Positions 48,813 to 58,424 are shown, numbered from the stretch's first letter. The stretch: 64,000 nucleotides of DNA from Methylococcales bacterium (GCA_050740335.1 JBOICY010000318.1:4037-68036), one strand, 5' to 3'. The notes: generated by a model not told the origin, from the letters alone. Made by a program: numbers and translations.

Positions 48813-49544
48813 ATGAATAACAGCAGGGGTTTGCACAGCCTGGCCGGATTGGTCCTGATTGCGAGCCTTCCGGCTCTCTCGGTCGCGGGGTCTTTTGCAG
48901 TGAATCCGGTGCGGCTGAGCCTTTCGGCTGAAAGGTTCGTCGATGCCATCAGTGTCTCCAATCAAGGAGCGCAGGATGCGGTCCTGCAGGTGGAAACGAC
49001 AGCCTGGACGCAAAGCGACGGACAGGATGTTTACACCGCCACCAACGAGTTGCTCGTGAACCCGCCGATTTTTACCGTGCCGGCCGGTGGTACCCAAATT
49101 GTCCGGGTCGGCCTGACCGGGGCTTTGGATCCGCAACGCGAACGGGCTTACCGGGTATTTTTTCAGGAAGTGCCGTCCCTTCCGGAGCCGGGGTTCAAGG
49201 GCCTTCGGGTGCTCCTCCGGATCGGAGTACCGGTATTCGTGGAGCCCTCTACCCAAGCGATCCCGATACTGAACTGGCAGGCGAAGCTTTCAGCAACCTC
49301 GACCCTGAATATCGTTGCCACCAACATCGGCAATGCGCATGTCCGAATTGTTCAGCTTAGGGTATCTTCGGTCGACGGTCGGACCTTGGCGACTCGCACG
49401 CTTTCCGATCCCGTGCTCGCGGAACAGAGCCGTGCGTGGGTACTGGATCTCGACCCTCCTCCGGGCAATCGTGGAATCCGCATCGTAGCCGATACCAGTG
49501 AAGGTAAGATGGAAAGCGGTGTCATCGATCTGGTTCCGAAATGA
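48813..49544 (+). CDS. Periplasmic pilus chaperone (PapD-like)
   Basis: 243 aa with a signal peptide and ..FAVNPVRLSL..ISVSNQG...LQV....W.Q......Y...NELLVNPPIFTVPAGGTQIVRVGL... Confidence 0.85.
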   Translation: MNNSRGLHSLAGLVLIASLPALSVAGSFAVNPVRLSLSAERFVDAISVSNQGAQDAVLQVETTAWTQSDGQDVYTATNELLVNPPIFTVPAGGTQIVRVGLTGALDPQRERAYRVFFQEVPSLPEPGFKGLRVLLRIGVPVFVEPSTQAIPILNWQAKLSATSTLNIVATNIGNAHVRIVQLRVSSVDGRTLATRTLSDPVLAEQSRAWVLDLDPPPGNRGIRIVADTSEGKMESGVIDLVPK

Positions 49545-49593
49545 GCATCCGGGCCCCGCTTTTGGTTTCGCCAGGCGCCAACGTTCGAAGTCA

Positions 49594-51948
49594 TTGTGGA
49601 ACCGGCGGAACCTGATAACTACGATCATCGGTCCCTGTTTCCTGGTGCTTCAGACCTTGACTGTCGCGATGGCGGGAGACGCTCAAGGCGGGATGCTTCC
49701 CGCGACGGCGGCGCACAGCAGCGGTGCCTTCAACGATCTGTTCCTCGCGGTTCGGCTCAATGGCGACGATTTGCATGAAACGGCATTGTTCCTGAACGAC
49801 GGGCAAGGACGTTTGCTGGTCACGGTTGACGAGATCAAACGCTGGCGCTTGCGTTTACCGGGAGCGCCGGTTGTACATCATCAGGGGAAGGACTTTCACG
49901 GCTTGGATGGGATTGAAGGGCTTTCCTACCGAATAGACCAAAGTACTCAGTCGATTTCCATCGACGCCGCACCGGATCTCTTCGCAGTGACGACGGTGCG
50001 CGGGCTCGCTCCGACACCGACCCCGATACCCTCGTCTTTGGGTGGATTCATGAACTACGATATTCTTGCCGAGTATGCGGGGGGGGGTGCACGATTAAAC
50101 GCATTGGCGGAACTCGGCGCATTCAATGCGTGGGGAGTCGGCACGGCCAACGTGCTGGGACGCGATTTAAGCGGATCGGCCCGTTTAATCCGGATCGATA
50201 GCACGTGGACCCGGGATCTACCCGCACAAAGAAGCAGTCTGCGTCTCATGGATGCGATCAGCCGGCCCGCGGAGTGGGGCGCTTCGGTGCGCTTCGGCGG
50301 AATCCAGTGGGCGACCAATTTCGCCACTCAACCGCGCTTTGTGAGTTTTCCCTTGCCCACTCTTTCCGGTGAATCGGCTTTGCCTTCAACGGCCGATCTT
50401 TATGTTAACAATGCCCTGCGGCTGCGCCGCGAAGTGCCGGCCGGTCCCTTCTCCATTACCGATGTGCCGGTTTCGACCGGTCTCGGTGAGGCCCGATTGA
50501 TCGTGAAAGACCTGTTGGGCCGCGAACAGATCATCAATCGGCCATTCTACGTGAGCCCCCGCCTGCTGAGCACGGGACTCGATGACTATTCGTATGAAAT
50601 GGGTCTGGTCCGGAACAACTTCGGGACCGAAAGCTTCGATTACGGGCGTTTCTTTGCGGCGGGCACCCATCGCCGGGGTTTCAGCGATCGGTTTACCGGT
50701 GAAATTCACGCAGAAGTACTGAAACGGCAGGGTACCATTGGCGCGAATGCGCTATACTTGTTGCCCGACCTCGGTGTATTCGGCATCTCCGTGGCCGGCA
50801 GCCACAATCATTCTTCGGCGGGAGGCCTTGCGGGATTGTCCTTCGAACGGCAAGCGCGTTGGTTGTCCATCCTGGGCCGCACCCAAGTTGCGACCAGCCA
50901 TTTCACCCTGCTCGGACTGGAACCCGGAAAACCCGCGCCCAGACAGATCAGCCAGGCTTCCGTGAGTATTTCCGCGAGTGACAATGGCTCGGTCAGCTTC
51001 GGTTATATTCACCAGGACTACCGGGACCGTCCGGACGTTAAGCTCGTGACCGCCGGCTATAATCGAAGGGTTGGGAGTCTCGGATATTTCAACTTCGCGT
51101 TTACCGGATCACTCCGGGGGGCTTTCGACCCCGCATTCTCGCTGACCTTCACCGTTCCGATCGGGGAACGCAGCAGCCTGAGCCTCAATGGCACGCTTCA
51201 GCCCGATTTCCAAGAGGCCACCGTACAGCTACAGCAGAACCTGCCGCGCGGCACCGGATACGGCTATCGCGTGTTGGCTTCGACCGGGACTCGAGAACGT
51301 CTGGAAGCAGGGCTTAGCGCGCAAAACGACACCGGCCTTTATAGCGTGGATGCCTCCCGATACGGAAACCGGACGGCTTTCCGCGGCAGCATCAGCGGCG
51401 GGCTCGCGGTCATGGCCGGCCGGGCGTTTTTTGCGCGTCGTCTGGATAACAGCTTTGCCTTGGTTCAAGTGCCGGATTTTCCAAACGTACGGATCTATGC
51501 GGACAACCAATTGGCGGGGCGAACCGACTCTAACGGCGATGCTTTGATTCCGCGCTTACGCGCTTACGATCAGAATCCGATTCGCATCGAACAGGCCGAT
51601 CTCCCGCTGGATGCGGAAATCGAAAGCCTGGAACTCGACGCGGTACCCTATTTCCGCAGCGGGTATTTATTGAAATTCCCGTTAAGGCGTTCTCAGGGAG
51701 CCCGTTTCAAGATCATCCTCCCGACCGGGCAAGCCATACCCGCCGGAGCCCGCGTGCAAATCACCGGAAAGCGCGAGCAATTTCCGGTCGCTTTGAAGGG
51801 CGAAGTCTATATCACGGGACTCGAAGCACACAATCAAATGCGCGCGTTCTGGCAGAATGAATCCTGTGAATTCGAGGTGGAATTCCCGCAATCCCGGGAG
51901 CCGATTCCTGATCTGGGTACCGTTATTTGTAAAGGAGTTCGTCCATGA
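49594..51948 (+). CDS. Outer-membrane pilus usher
   Basis: ORF 49498-51948. The in-frame TTG at 49594 precedes a signal-like LWNRRNLITTIIGPCFLVLQTLTVAMAG. It is a ~780-aa beta-barrel-type protein between the chaperone and a second SCPU gene. Its stop overlaps the next ATG (ATGA). Confidence 0.85.
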   Translation: MWNRRNLITTIIGPCFLVLQTLTVAMAGDAQGGMLPATAAHSSGAFNDLFLAVRLNGDDLHETALFLNDGQGRLLVTVDEIKRWRLRLPGAPVVHHQGKDFHGLDGIEGLSYRIDQSTQSISIDAAPDLFAVTTVRGLAPTPTPIPSSLGGFMNYDILAEYAGGGARLNALAELGAFNAWGVGTANVLGRDLSGSARLIRIDSTWTRDLPAQRSSLRLMDAISRPAEWGASVRFGGIQWATNFATQPRFVSFPLPTLSGESALPSTADLYVNNALRLRREVPAGPFSITDVPVSTGLGEARLIVKDLLGREQIINRPFYVSPRLLSTGLDDYSYEMGLVRNNFGTESFDYGRFFAAGTHRRGFSDRFTGEIHAEVLKRQGTIGANALYLLPDLGVFGISVAGSHNHSSAGGLAGLSFERQARWLSILGRTQVATSHFTLLGLEPGKPAPRQISQASVSISASDNGSVSFGYIHQDYRDRPDVKLVTAGYNRRVGSLGYFNFAFTGSLRGAFDPAFSLTFTVPIGERSSLSLNGTLQPDFQEATVQLQQNLPRGTGYGYRVLASTGTRERLEAGLSAQNDTGLYSVDASRYGNRTAFRGSISGGLAVMAGRAFFARRLDNSFALVQVPDFPNVRIYADNQLAGRTDSNGDALIPRLRAYDQNPIRIEQADLPLDAEIESLELDAVPYFRSGYLLKFPLRRSQGARFKIILPTGQAIPAGARVQITGKREQFPVALKGEVYITGLEAHNQMRAFWQNESCEFEVEFPQSREPIPDLGTVICKGVRP
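50079..50087 (+). repeat. Homopolymeric G9 tract inside the usher coding sequence
   Basis: The sequence gcGGGGGGGGGtgc encodes A-G-G-G-A and is currently in frame. Confidence 0.9.
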
Positions 51949-52445
51949 CAGCGCATACCCGGCGCCTGACAACCCTTCACGCAAGCCGGATAGTCCTGGG
52001 CTTCCTGGTCTGTTTGCCCGGACCTGCCCTGGCGATCCTCGCCAACTGCAGTGTCAGCGCGACCAGCGTCAGTTTCGGGGCATACAATGTCTTTAATTCG
52101 AGCCCGACCGATGCAACCGGGCAGGTCACTGTGAGTTGTACCGGTCTGGTGTTGAGCCTCCTGGTCTCCTACGAAATCCAACTGAATCCGGGACTCAACG
52201 GGTCCTTCGCCGCGCGTAAAATGGCCAGCGGAGCGAATCGTTTGAGTTACAATCTTTACCTGGATGCGGCCCGCACGGCCGTTTGGGGCGATGGGAGTTC
52301 CGGCACCATGACCGTGACCGACGGTTATATTTTGGGGTTATTCACCATAACCCGGAATTACAATGTCTACGGTCGCATCCCCGCGCTTCAGAATGCCGTG
52401 GTTGGAAGTTATGCCGATACCGTTGTCGTCACGCTGATTTTTTGA
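51945..52445 (+). CDS. Second spore-coat-U (SCPU) domain pilus subunit
   Basis: 166 aa with a signal peptide and ..ANCSVSATSVSFGAYNV...TGQVTVSCTG..LSYNLYLDAARTAVWGDG... Confidence 0.8.
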   Translation: MTAHTRRLTTLHASRIVLGFLVCLPGPALAILANCSVSATSVSFGAYNVFNSSPTDATGQVTVSCTGLVLSLLVSYEIQLNPGLNGSFAARKMASGANRLSYNLYLDAARTAVWGDGSSGTMTVTDGYILGLFTITRNYNVYGRIPALQNAVVGSYADTVVVTLIF

Positions 52446-52456
52446 AATGAGCCTAC

Positions 52457-52478
52457 CCCGAACCCTTTGTCGTTCGGG
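52457..52478. terminator. Hairpin between convergent genes (weak terminator candidate)
   Basis: CCCGAAC-cctttgtc-GTTCGGG forms a 7-bp stem. No clear U-tract is present. Confidence 0.25.
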
Positions 52479-52537
52479 CTAAGGCCAAGCGCGGCGAACA
52501 TCGGGATGGATAAATCCCGTTGCACGGTCCTGCATCG

Positions 52538-53524
52538 CTAATCATCGGAACGATCCGGCTTACCGAACAAAATCGCGTCGGGATTGCGTTGCAGGTAGTC
52601 ACTCAAATTCCGTAGGGACCGGGCCGCGTAGGACAGTTCTTCGAGCGCATTCGAAAGGTCCACGTAAAGCGGCGAATTTTCACCGGCAACATTTTCCAGC
52701 GCGGCCAAAGATCGTTGGGTCTGCGCGAGAGTCTTATCCGTGCTCTTCGTAAGCAGTACAACCTGATCGTTCACGGTGTTGACCAGATTCCGGGTATCGG
52801 CTACGGTCGTGCTCAGTTCTCCGACCAGGGGATCGACCTGTGTGTTCATTTTGGTCGCGATCGCATTCAGTGTCGAAAGAATCTCTCCGATTCGCTCGAG
52901 GTTCTTAGCAGTATCCGGAGAATTCACGAGCTTTTCCAGACTGTTCGCCGTGACCACCAGGCTGGAGAAAAACTCTTCCAGCGGTAGATTTTTCAACTTG
53001 CCGATGATCGTTCCGATATCGCTGACGATTTCATCCGTTGCCGAGGGAAGCGATGGAATTTCCGAGTATTTCGATTTACCACCGACCAGATTGACCGGGC
53101 TACCGGGGTAAAAGTTGATCTCGATATACAATTGCCCGGTCAGCAGACTCTGCGATTTCAATTGCGCTCTCAAACCATGCCGGATCAGCGCGACATAGGT
53201 CAAGTCGGACAATGCTTCCGGTTCATCGCGACTCTCGACCGTTACGGCATTCGCGTCCACCTCGATAAAGACCGGCGTTGTGACCACCGCTTGATCAAGG
53301 TTCAGTTCCACATGCACATTGGTTACCTGACCGACTTGGACACCTTTGAGTTTAACTGGCGCGCCGACTTTCAATCCATTCACGCTGCCCTCGAAATAAA
53401 TCACAAATCGGCTTCGTTCGGTGAATAGTTTACTGTCCGTGAATACCAGGATACCCGTAACGACCAGAACGATCGCGCCGACCACAAACGCCCCGATCAG
53501 GGTTGGATTGGCCTGCCTGCTCAT
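52538..53524 (-). CDS. MlaD/MCE-domain substrate-binding component of an Mla-type ABC transporter
   Basis: 328 aa with an N-terminal TM and an MCE domain (..GSVNGLKVGAPVKLKGVQVGQVTNV..). A long helical C-terminal region follows. Confidence 0.8.
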   Translation of the reverse strand: MSRQANPTLIGAFVVGAIVLVVTGILVFTDSKLFTERSRFVIYFEGSVNGLKVGAPVKLKGVQVGQVTNVHVELNLDQAVVTTPVFIEVDANAVTVESRDEPEALSDLTYVALIRHGLRAQLKSQSLLTGQLYIEINFYPGSPVNLVGGKSKYSEIPSLPSATDEIVSDIGTIIGKLKNLPLEEFFSSLVVTANSLEKLVNSPDTAKNLERIGEILSTLNAIATKMNTQVDPLVGELSTTVADTRNLVNTVNDQVVLLTKSTDKTLAQTQRSLAALENVAGENSPLYVDLSNALEELSYAARSLRNLSDYLQRNPDAILFGKPDRSDD

Positions 53525-53561
53525 CGGCTCGACAGGATCCGGGGATCCGGCGTACTATTCA

Positions 53562-54353
53562 TCAATCGAGTGATTGCCCGCCCCGGGTCAGAAAGGTCCG
53601 AAGCCGTGGATCTTGTGATTCATTCAGCAGTTTCCGCGGATGGCCGCCCGCGATCATGGTTTTCGACTCGATGTCCAAAAAGACCGAATCGGTGCCGATC
53701 GCCAATATACTGGCCAATTCATGGGTCACCACGACAATCGTCGTGCCGAGACTTTCCTTGAGTTCCACGATCAGATCATCGAGACGTTTGGCGCTCACCG
53801 GATCCAAACCCGCGGAAGGCTCATCAAAAAAAAGGATTTCCGGGTCCAGCGCCATGGCCCTGGCCAAACCGGCTCGTTTCAGCATGCCACCGCTGATTTC
53901 CGAAGGATAATAACCCTCGAATCCGGCAAGCCCCACCAGCGCGAGTTTCATCGAAACGATTTCATCGATCGCCGCCGCGGTCAATTTCGTATATTCGGAC
54001 AAGGGAAGCGCCACATTTTCGGCGAGAGTCAGGGAGGACAACAAGGCGCCGCTCTGGTACAAGATACCGGTTCGCCGAATTATTTCGTCGCGTTCCGAAT
54101 CGGACGCATCCCAGAAACTGCGGTCGTCATAAAATATCTTTCCGCGCTTCGGGCGCAACAGGCCGATCAAATGTTTCAACAAGGTCGTTTTGCCACAACC
54201 GCTGCCGCCCATGATGATGAATATTTCACCCTGCCCGATCGAAAAACTCAGGTCGCGCTGAATAATTTGCTTGCCATAAGCCAAGGTTAAGTCGGCAACT
54301 TTGATTCGAGCGGCCGATCGATCCGAACCACCGGAGCCTTCCAACTTACACAC
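53562..54353 (-). CDS. ABC transporter ATP-binding protein (MlaF-like)
   Basis: Walker A GGSGCGKTTLL, signature SGGMLKRAGLARA and Walker B ILFFDEP are all present. Confidence 0.9.
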   Translation of the reverse strand: MCKLEGSGGSDRSAARIKVADLTLAYGKQIIQRDLSFSIGQGEIFIIMGGSGCGKTTLLKHLIGLLRPKRGKIFYDDRSFWDASDSERDEIIRRTGILYQSGALLSSLTLAENVALPLSEYTKLTAAAIDEIVSMKLALVGLAGFEGYYPSEISGGMLKRAGLARAMALDPEILFFDEPSAGLDPVSAKRLDDLIVELKESLGTTIVVVTHELASILAIGTDSVFLDIESKTMIAGGHPRKLLNESQDPRLRTFLTRGGQSLD

Positions 54354-55497
54354 CGAAGGCGTTATATATCACCGTGAGAATCGCATCCGCCACGATAATC
54401 CAAATGATACTGGTGACTACCGCGTTGGTCGCGGCTTCACCGACCGCCGCGGAACTTCGTCCGGAATCCATACCCCGCATGCACCCGGCAATCGCAACCA
54501 ATATTCCGAACACCGCGCTTTTGAACAAACCGACATTAAAATCGCGCATCGCGAGCGCCGCGTCGGTCTGGGTGTAATATTCCGTCAAGGATAAATCGAG
54601 CAAGCCCACCCCGACCAGCCCGCCGCCTAAAATTCCCATAAAATCGGCATACAAACAAAGCAGGGGCATCATTAAAACAAGAGCGATAATGCGCGGCAGG
54701 ACCAGAAAATCCAACGGAGAAATACCCATCGTTTTCAGCGCATCGATTTCTTCGTTGACTTTCATGCTGCCCAATTGGGCGGCAAATGCGGCTCCGGTCC
54801 TTCCAGCCATGATCACAGCGGTCATCAATGCTCCCATTTCCCTGGCCATTCCCAGACCGACCAGATTCGCGATATAGATCTGTGCGCCGAACAGGTTAAG
54901 CTGAACCGCACCGACAAAGGCCAGAATCAAACCGACCAGCACGCTGATCAAGGTCACGATGGGTAAAGCCCGGGGTCCGCATTCTTCCATGAACAAGCCG
55001 ATATCGGAGCGCCGGTATCGAGCCTTGCCGGCGAAAAACCGAGCAAAGCTCAGACAAATCTCGCCCAGAAAATACAATTGCTTTTGCGCGTTTGCGTGAT
55101 TCGAAAGCAATCGTTCGCCGATTCGATGCAAAGCCGTCTTATTTCGGGCCTCGTGCGGAACCTGCTTGGCTTCGGCGACTGCAAATGCAAGATGGATCAG
55201 CTTCAAGACTCCCTCCGGCAAGCCATGGCTGTCCCATTCGATACCCTTTTCGTGACAGACCTTGTAAAGCTTGATCAGAAAGGTCAGAAAGACGCTATCC
55301 CAGCGGACGATTTGCGTGGCAACGAAACACAAACGTTTAATGCCGGGATTTTTCTCGAAAGCATTCGAAATGGCCCCGGAATCCGGAATGTCGTTGGCCT
55401 TTACCCAGGCCCCGCTCAGATGAACGACCAAGTCGCCCGACGGAGCCAGATCCAATTCAAGTCTACAATCATCCGCGGCCATAAAGAAATCGCACAT
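54346..55497 (-). CDS. MlaE-family ABC permease with N-terminal STAS-like extension
   Basis: 383 aa. The C-terminal ~260 aa are a multi-TM MlaE-like region (..LGMAREMGALMTAVIMAGRTGAAFAAQLGSMKVNEEIDALKTMGISP..). The N-terminal ~110 aa are soluble. Confidence 0.85.
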   Translation of the reverse strand: MCDFFMAADDCRLELDLAPSGDLVVHLSGAWVKANDIPDSGAISNAFEKNPGIKRLCFVATQIVRWDSVFLTFLIKLYKVCHEKGIEWDSHGLPEGVLKLIHLAFAVAEAKQVPHEARNKTALHRIGERLLSNHANAQKQLYFLGEICLSFARFFAGKARYRRSDIGLFMEECGPRALPIVTLISVLVGLILAFVGAVQLNLFGAQIYIANLVGLGMAREMGALMTAVIMAGRTGAAFAAQLGSMKVNEEIDALKTMGISPLDFLVLPRIIALVLMMPLLCLYADFMGILGGGLVGVGLLDLSLTEYYTQTDAALAMRDFNVGLFKSAVFGILVAIAGCMRGMDSGRSSAAVGEAATNAVVTSIIWIIVADAILTVIYNAFGV

Positions 55498-55500
55498 CGG

Positions 55501-55535
55501 AAAAAAAAGCGAAGCGCGGAGCGCTTCGCTTTTTT
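55501..55535 (-). terminator. Rho-independent terminator (bidirectional architecture) after the OmpA-family gene
   Basis: A8, then GCGAAGCGC-gga-GCGCTTCGC, then T6. On the minus strand the 9-bp GC-rich stem is followed by T8. It lies 29 nt downstream of the ompA-family stop and 4 nt upstream of the permease ATG. Confidence 0.8.
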
Positions 55536-55563
55536 ATACTTCTTGGCGAATTAAGCCACTACA

Positions 55564-56277
55564 TTATTTGAAAATATGCAGTTCGACGCGCCGATTCTGC
55601 GCACGACCCGCGTCGGTCTCATTCGATGCGATCGGGTCGTCCGGCCCGAATCCTTTCGAACTCAACTTATCGGCTGGAACACCCAAGGATACCAGGTAGT
55701 CAAGTACGGATTTGGCACGGTTCTCGGACAATCTCAGATTGTAATCATAGGACCCGACACTGTCGGTGTACCCCGCTATTTCAACCATCGGGAAGCCACG
55801 GGACTCGAGATTCGGATACATCGAATCGAGGAAGGCCCTGGATTCAGCATTCAAATCGTATTGATCGAAAGCAAAGAATACACCGTCCAACTGCACGCTC
55901 GCGGCAATTTCACGGCCACAATCTTTCAGGCATTTCATATAGGGAGCCAACTTTTCGTCGATATAGGCGCTCAGAGCCTGCTCGGCCTTCGCGCAGAGTC
56001 CTGATGCTTCATTGGCATGAATGATCCCGCCGTCAATTTCCGCTTCCCCGCTGTTCAAAAATTTACCACTGACTCTCTTACCTTCGGTCAGATGGAGATT
56101 CGCGTGGTAAAGTTCATCCGCGCACACCTTACTGTTGTAGGCGAACGTTCCAAAGTTCGTCCCTAAGGTTTGAGCAATTGAACTATCAAGTTCCTGCATC
56201 TTACTAGAAGGAACTTGTGCACAACCTCCCACGGCTAAAGCAATTCCCACCCCAACTACAGAAATAATTTTTTTCAC
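55564..56277 (-). CDS. OmpA-family lipoprotein (C-terminal peptidoglycan-binding domain)
   Basis: The lipobox is MKKIISVVGVGIALAVGGC. The C-terminus reads ..FAFDQYDLN......L........VEIAGYTDSVGSYDYNLRLSENRAKSV.DYL...G......S.KGFG...P...N.T..GRAQNRRVEL... Confidence 0.85.
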   Translation of the reverse strand: MKKIISVVGVGIALAVGGCAQVPSSKMQELDSSIAQTLGTNFGTFAYNSKVCADELYHANLHLTEGKRVSGKFLNSGEAEIDGGIIHANEASGLCAKAEQALSAYIDEKLAPYMKCLKDCGREIAASVQLDGVFFAFDQYDLNAESRAFLDSMYPNLESRGFPMVEIAGYTDSVGSYDYNLRLSENRAKSVLDYLVSLGVPADKLSSKGFGPDDPIASNETDAGRAQNRRVELHIFK

Positions 56278-56485
56278 TTTGGCACTCCTTCTCTTAATTC
56301 TAAATTAACCGATCGATAAAATGATTAGAGAAACAAGCATGCTATTGCTCTGATCACAATTGTATCCTCTATTCGCTTGTAAATAAACCCCATAGCGATG
56401 TTAATTAACGCGATTTCTTTAAAAACCGTTCAAATATTAGCAGATTGAATTATTAAAGAAAACGCCGGATATCAGTCTAAGCCAT

Positions 56486-57187
56486 TTATTGACCTTCAGA
56501 AACCCTGCCGACTAAAGCCAATATCGAAAGCGACTTTTCCGCAGGCGGCGCGCTGTTTCGGACCAGAATATCAACTGAATCCATGGGCTTGCCATAATAA
56601 GCCAAGTTAAGCTCCTTATTTACAGCCAGGATTTCGCCATTCAATGCAACACCTCCGTAAACTCCCTTGGATCTGGAATAGGACAATATGTCGGCGGTTG
56701 CAACGGCTGCCCCTTTACCCACGGGACCCGCCGCAACGCTCGCACCCGCCCCTAGCTTAAGACCCGATGCCAACATCGCGTTGATACCGCTCTGGTTCAT
56801 CACCAACAACACGATTTCCGACATCTGTACACCCAGTTGGAGCCCCAGACTGGCCGACCCCAACGAATAAAAAGCAGGCCCGACCCATCGCCCGCTGGTT
56901 TTATCCAATACGAACAGAACCCCCTCGCCCCCGGAACCACCGATTCCGGCACCGGCTTCCCACACCCTGGGTGCGATGAAGACCCCCTTCGCGCGCTTCG
57001 CGAATGATCTGAATCTAGCCAATTCAGGGTCATCCATGAAGTGCTGGAGCGCCACCTCCGCGGAAGCGACCAGTTTATCGGCATCCCCTGCGTTTTGCGC
57101 AGATACCGCAACAATCGAATTGACCCCTGACAACAGGAGCAGGATACCCGCCCGAATATAAATGTTCTTGATTATAGTCAAGTTCAA
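56486..57187 (-). CDS. SYLF (Ysc84/DUF500) lipid-binding domain protein, secreted
   Basis: ORF 56486-57400. A signal-like segment (..LTIIKNIYIRAGILLLLSGVNSIVAVSA) follows the in-frame TTG codons at 57187 and 57181, so the long N-terminal extension is doubtful. The SYLF core reads ..GVFIAPRV.EAGAGIGGSGGEGVL......G.W.GPAFY..G.AS.GLQ.G......V...M...G........KLGA.ASVAAGP.G... Confidence 0.7.
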   Translation of the reverse strand: MNLTIIKNIYIRAGILLLLSGVNSIVAVSAQNAGDADKLVASAEVALQHFMDDPELARFRSFAKRAKGVFIAPRVWEAGAGIGGSGGEGVLFVLDKTSGRWVGPAFYSLGSASLGLQLGVQMSEIVLLVMNQSGINAMLASGLKLGAGASVAAGPVGKGAAVATADILSYSRSKGVYGGVALNGEILAVNKELNLAYYGKPMDSVDILVRNSAPPAEKSLSILALVGRVSEGQ

Positions 57188-57549
57188 AAACCCAAGTAAC
57201 AGGCTAGCACCAAGAAATGGCAAGCGCAACGCCAAAGTGGCGGATTCGCCCGCGGATTGGAAATATACCAGATAACCGCTTAGCCACCAGAAACACTCTC
57301 TGTACGACGCTCGAGAATTGCTTCGATCTGTACTGTCCGCTGTTGCTCGACGCCGGCGCTCCCGTAAAAAGCCGCCCCGGGCCACCCAGCCAAATGACAA
57401 TCCCGGAATACAGGTTGTGATTTATTGAACGATCCCGCGCGCGATTAGTCACCGTATTTTTTAGTATACCGTGAAAATACGCTGAGTGGAATCCATTCCA
57501 ACTCCGATGACCGATGGTCCGGAATCCCGAATCGATCCGGCCACCGCGT

Positions 57550-58374
57550 TCAAGGTAGTTTTGTGAGCCAGGAATCATCCTCGAACCACTTGGATTTAAG
57601 CTCTTCGAGGTGACCGGTTGCGCTCATGTTGTGAAGAAAATTATCCATCCAGTTGATAAACAGAGCGTCACCGGGCAGCGCGATGCCCAACGGTTCCTGA
57701 GTCAGCAACGATAATACGGAAATCAGCCCCTGATCCGGATAGCGCAGCATGGACACTACGCAAGTCGGATAATCCGCGATCAAGGCATTGGCTCGGTTTT
57801 TTAGAACCGCATCGACCACTTCGTTGACATTATCGCTCGCAATCGTTTGAGCATTGGGAATCAATGTCTTGACAAAGGATTCACTGGTCGAACCCTTGAG
57901 AACCGCCAATTTGATATCGGCGCGGTTAATATCCGAAGGATCGTCCGCATCCGCGAGCTTTTCTTCCTTGGTCAGGATACATTTGCCGGAAACCATGTAC
58001 GGCCCGGAAAACGCGACATTCAGATTGCGTTCCGAGGTAATGGTCATACCCGACAGGATCAGGTCGACCTGGCCGGATTGCAACGCGGGAAGCAACTCGG
58101 GAAACGGCATCACTTTGATCTCGAGTTTAACCCCCATCGAGTCCGCGATCCGCACGCCAAGATCGATATCGTAACCGATTACCTGTTTGTCCCTGGTCGT
58201 CATGCTCATCGGAGGCATATCGCCCGCTGTCCCCAAGATCAGGGCACCTTTGCTGACAATTCGACTTAAAGCCGTAGAGTTGCCAGGATCTCCGGAGGTT
58301 CCCGGCGTCTGCGCGCAACCGGCGATAACCCCGACGAATACGATTAGAAACCAATTGACAATCGATATGTGCAT
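57550..58374 (-). CDS. Periplasmic solute-binding protein, family 3 (amino-acid ABC type), orphan
   Basis: 274 aa with a lipoprotein-like signal (..VGVIAGC). ..LILGTAGDMPPMSM.....VIGYDIDLG..IA..MGV.LEIK.MPF.EL.PAL.SGQVDLI.SGMTIT.ERN... is present. No permease or ATPase gene is adjacent. Confidence 0.8.
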   Translation of the reverse strand: MHISIVNWFLIVFVGVIAGCAQTPGTSGDPGNSTALSRIVSKGALILGTAGDMPPMSMTTRDKQVIGYDIDLGVRIADSMGVKLEIKVMPFPELLPALQSGQVDLILSGMTITSERNLNVAFSGPYMVSGKCILTKEEKLADADDPSDINRADIKLAVLKGSTSESFVKTLIPNAQTIASDNVNEVVDAVLKNRANALIADYPTCVVSMLRYPDQGLISVLSLLTQEPLGIALPGDALFINWMDNFLHNMSATGHLEELKSKWFEDDSWLTKLP

Positions 58375-58424
58375 TTCCCCTCCCCGAATTGCTTAAATGC
58401 CCCGACAATATATGCCGTCACGGA

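Noticed and set aside
56486-57400. Full-length 304-aa version of the SYLF-domain ORF, and likewise the 178-aa version of the lipoprotein ORF at 5914-6450
   Set aside because: The N-terminal extensions (Arg/Ser-rich, about 70 and 53 codons) precede clear signal peptides. These peptides make sense only if translation starts at the internal TTG or ATG codons, so the shorter models are preferred.
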